Shown in pieces: positions 45,115 through 47,163 of a DNA stretch of 47,163 bases. Position 1 is the stretch's first letter. Every line of letters begins with the position of its first letter. Source of the DNA: Salisapilia sapeloensis CBS 127946 (taxonomy: Eukaryota > Protista > Oomycota). The DNA is taken from the NCBI GenBank assembly GCA_023334545.1, contig JAADVB010000149.1, positions 1-47,163 on the forward strand, given 5' to 3'. The translations under genes were made by a program, and so were the position numbers. The notes beneath the pieces were generated by a model, which saw only the letters and a program-made list of their open reading frames with translations, did no database searches and was not told the DNA's origin.

Positions 45115-46810
45115 TTAGACCGTGTCTAGTTGCTGATTGCTAAATCCCATCTTCACCTTAGTAGGTGAGTTCGGAGATACTGGTGTAGCTTCACGCACTT
45201 TTAGACTGGCATTTTTTTCATTGGACTGGAAACTTGCTTTGTTATGTAGCTCTGGAAGAACAGGTCTCTCCTTTGGTTCATAGCCGAGCTCATCCATCGG
45301 TAGACCGTACTCGTTCATCTTTAGCTGTACAGCTCTCGACAGCTCCTGTTGGCTGTTTACAATTTTTTCCAATTGCTTCTGTAAGTCAGTGATCTCCTGT
45401 GTCTTTCGTGACACGATGTCTCCAAGCCTACTCTTCACACGATCCACGACATCCGGTTCTAGTTTCGCATGTACAAGTATTTCATTTAGCTCTGCATCTT
45501 TCTGATCCAACCTTTTGGTCATTGCCGCTACTTTCTTTTCTAAAACAAGATTCTTTAGCCCGGTCTTTTGCTGGACATCGTAAATACTGTCTTGGAAATG
45601 GCTATTCAGATCTTCATACTCCTTTGTCACTTGATCACAACGTTGCTGAAGGACTTCGAGTTCCCAAGAGAGAGTTGCATATTCGTTTTCAAGGACAAGT
45701 AGCTTCTTCTTCGCTTCGCCAAGATCCAGCCGCTCGTTTTGATATGTCACTCGGTCGGATCGAAGACGCTCAACATCACGTAAAGCTCTTTTTAACGGCT
45801 CAGACATGCGTTTATTCTCTTGAGAGATTTCAAACAACATCTTTTCATCCTGAGCTTCCTTCTTTTTCAATTCACTCACTTCTTCTTTTAAACTTTTAAT
45901 TAAATCAAGATTGTTATGCGTGATATCGTTGTAATAGTTTTTGATCTCTGCAAAGGCTTTCTCATGGCTGCTCATGAGTTGAGCAAGATGTTGGTTCTTC
46001 CTCTCTTCAATCGACTGTGTCTCTTGCTTCCGCTTTATTTCCAACTCATCTCGTACAGCCTATACATATGAGGATGATGTCGAGTCAACAATAATAATCA
46101 AGTGTAGTACCTTTCGTTTGCGCTCGAACTTTTGTTGTAGCTCTTTCGAATGTCGTTCGAACTCTTGTCGAAGCATAGTGATACGACGATCATGATCTTG
46201 TTTCAAAGACTTTAAATAATCTTCGTGAGATAGCTCTGCTTCTTTCAAGTCTAGTTTCAAACGGCGTCGATCTTTCTTTAATTGCTTTTCACTATTGTGA
46301 TACTCATCCTCTCGTATCTTAATTTCCTTCTCCATTTCTACGATTACATTCAGTCAATCATATTAAATGTATATACAGACAATACTACCCTTCTTTACTT
46401 TGGTAATCTCATTCTGATGTTCGTACAACAAATGCTTAACTCTTTGCTTGTAGACCTAGTGACGCATGTTAGAAGTGCTTGTGGTAAAAGCTTGGATGTT
46501 GTACCTTGATCTCAGCTTGATGCTTTTCTTCCAAATCCTGTCGTTCCCGTTCCTTATTTCTTAATTCAGCTTTCATGTCTTCCAAGTTCTTCTTTTCAAC
46601 GATCCAAAAGTAGTTGATCTTCTCTCGCTGCTGTTGAAACTCAGTGAACGATTGTTCCTCTTTCTTTGTCATCTCAAGTAGTGATTTTGCTTGCTTCACA
46701 AGATCCAGGCGTTCCTGTTCCTGTTCATCCACCACAGCTTTCTCTCCACCACCCTTCTTACCCCCTCCTTTTCCTTTTCCCTTTCCTTTCTTCCCCTTCT
46801 TGGGCGCCAT
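45115..46810 (-). CDS. GAS8: Dynein regulatory complex subunit 4 (GAS8/trypanin), 4 exons
   Basis: Exons 46810-46505, 46455-46389, 46337-46111, 46059-45115. Motifs MAPKKGKKGKG, REKINYFW, KHQAEIK|VYKQRVKHLLYEHQN, HEKAFAEIKNYYNDITHNNLDLIKSLK, QQKTGLKNLVLEKK. Confidence 0.94.
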
Positions 46811-47163
46811 CCTATTCCAAAGAGTTGCCACGAAAGGACTATTCCAAGCTCAACTCTCACACACCGTTTCATTACTCTTGTCAGCTATAAATACATGCAC
46901 TACTTCTACACAACGTCCGAATCAGCACCTGCAGAACTGGTAACAAGTTTCACTAACGCTAGACCGGTTTGCAGATACATCGCCAAGGTTGCTACGTACT
47001 TCCTACTTTTTCAGCCAATCGACAGGCAGAGAATGGCGGCAATTGACAGCCGTGTCACCGACTTTTGAAGTGTCGGTAAAGTAGCGCAAACTGGTGCTTC
47101 GAGGATAGCAGCTTCATTCGGACGAAATGGACGGGCAGGATCAGTGCAATGGGGACAAGACGC

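Noticed and set aside
46830-47163. Possible gene fragment at the right edge
   Set aside because: All frames give short or unrecognisable peptides; needs flanking sequence.

Overview
Gene-dense nuclear DNA from an oomycete, inferred from an AA17-type LPMO and an MIT-domain chitin synthase; the DRC4/GAS8 gene implies a flagellated stage. I could build about 26 protein-coding genes, many split by short GT-AG introns (mostly 45-65 nt) that the ORF track fragments or misses. In order: AA17 LPMO (runs off the left edge, absent from the ORF track), glycyl-tRNA synthetase, a small orphan, chitin synthase, a 79-aa orphan, POLD3, citrate synthase, a possible orphan, RUVBL2, an orphan, V-ATPase subunit c, MED22, a 12-exon SNF5 fusion, PP4R3/SMEK, TatD, EF1-beta, FBPase, BUD13, an ankyrin/FYVE-like protein, a PDZ/PH-like protein, an NT-C2 coiled-coil protein, a UBR N-recognin, SUCLG1, a 74-aa three-exon microprotein, a CENP-B/pogo-derived HTH gene and GAS8. 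I saw no rRNA, tRNA, CRISPR array or intact transposon. The most unusual items are (1) an SNF5/SMARCB1 core fused to an N-terminal Cro/MuB-like HTH and a C-terminal HMG box, (2) a hidden microprotein resembling APC16, head-to-head with a pogo-derived gene, (3) a PP4R3 that appears to lack its EVH1 domain, and (4) a TAG-dominated splice-acceptor signature. All exon models were spliced by hand and all family calls come from motif recognition; no database search was run.
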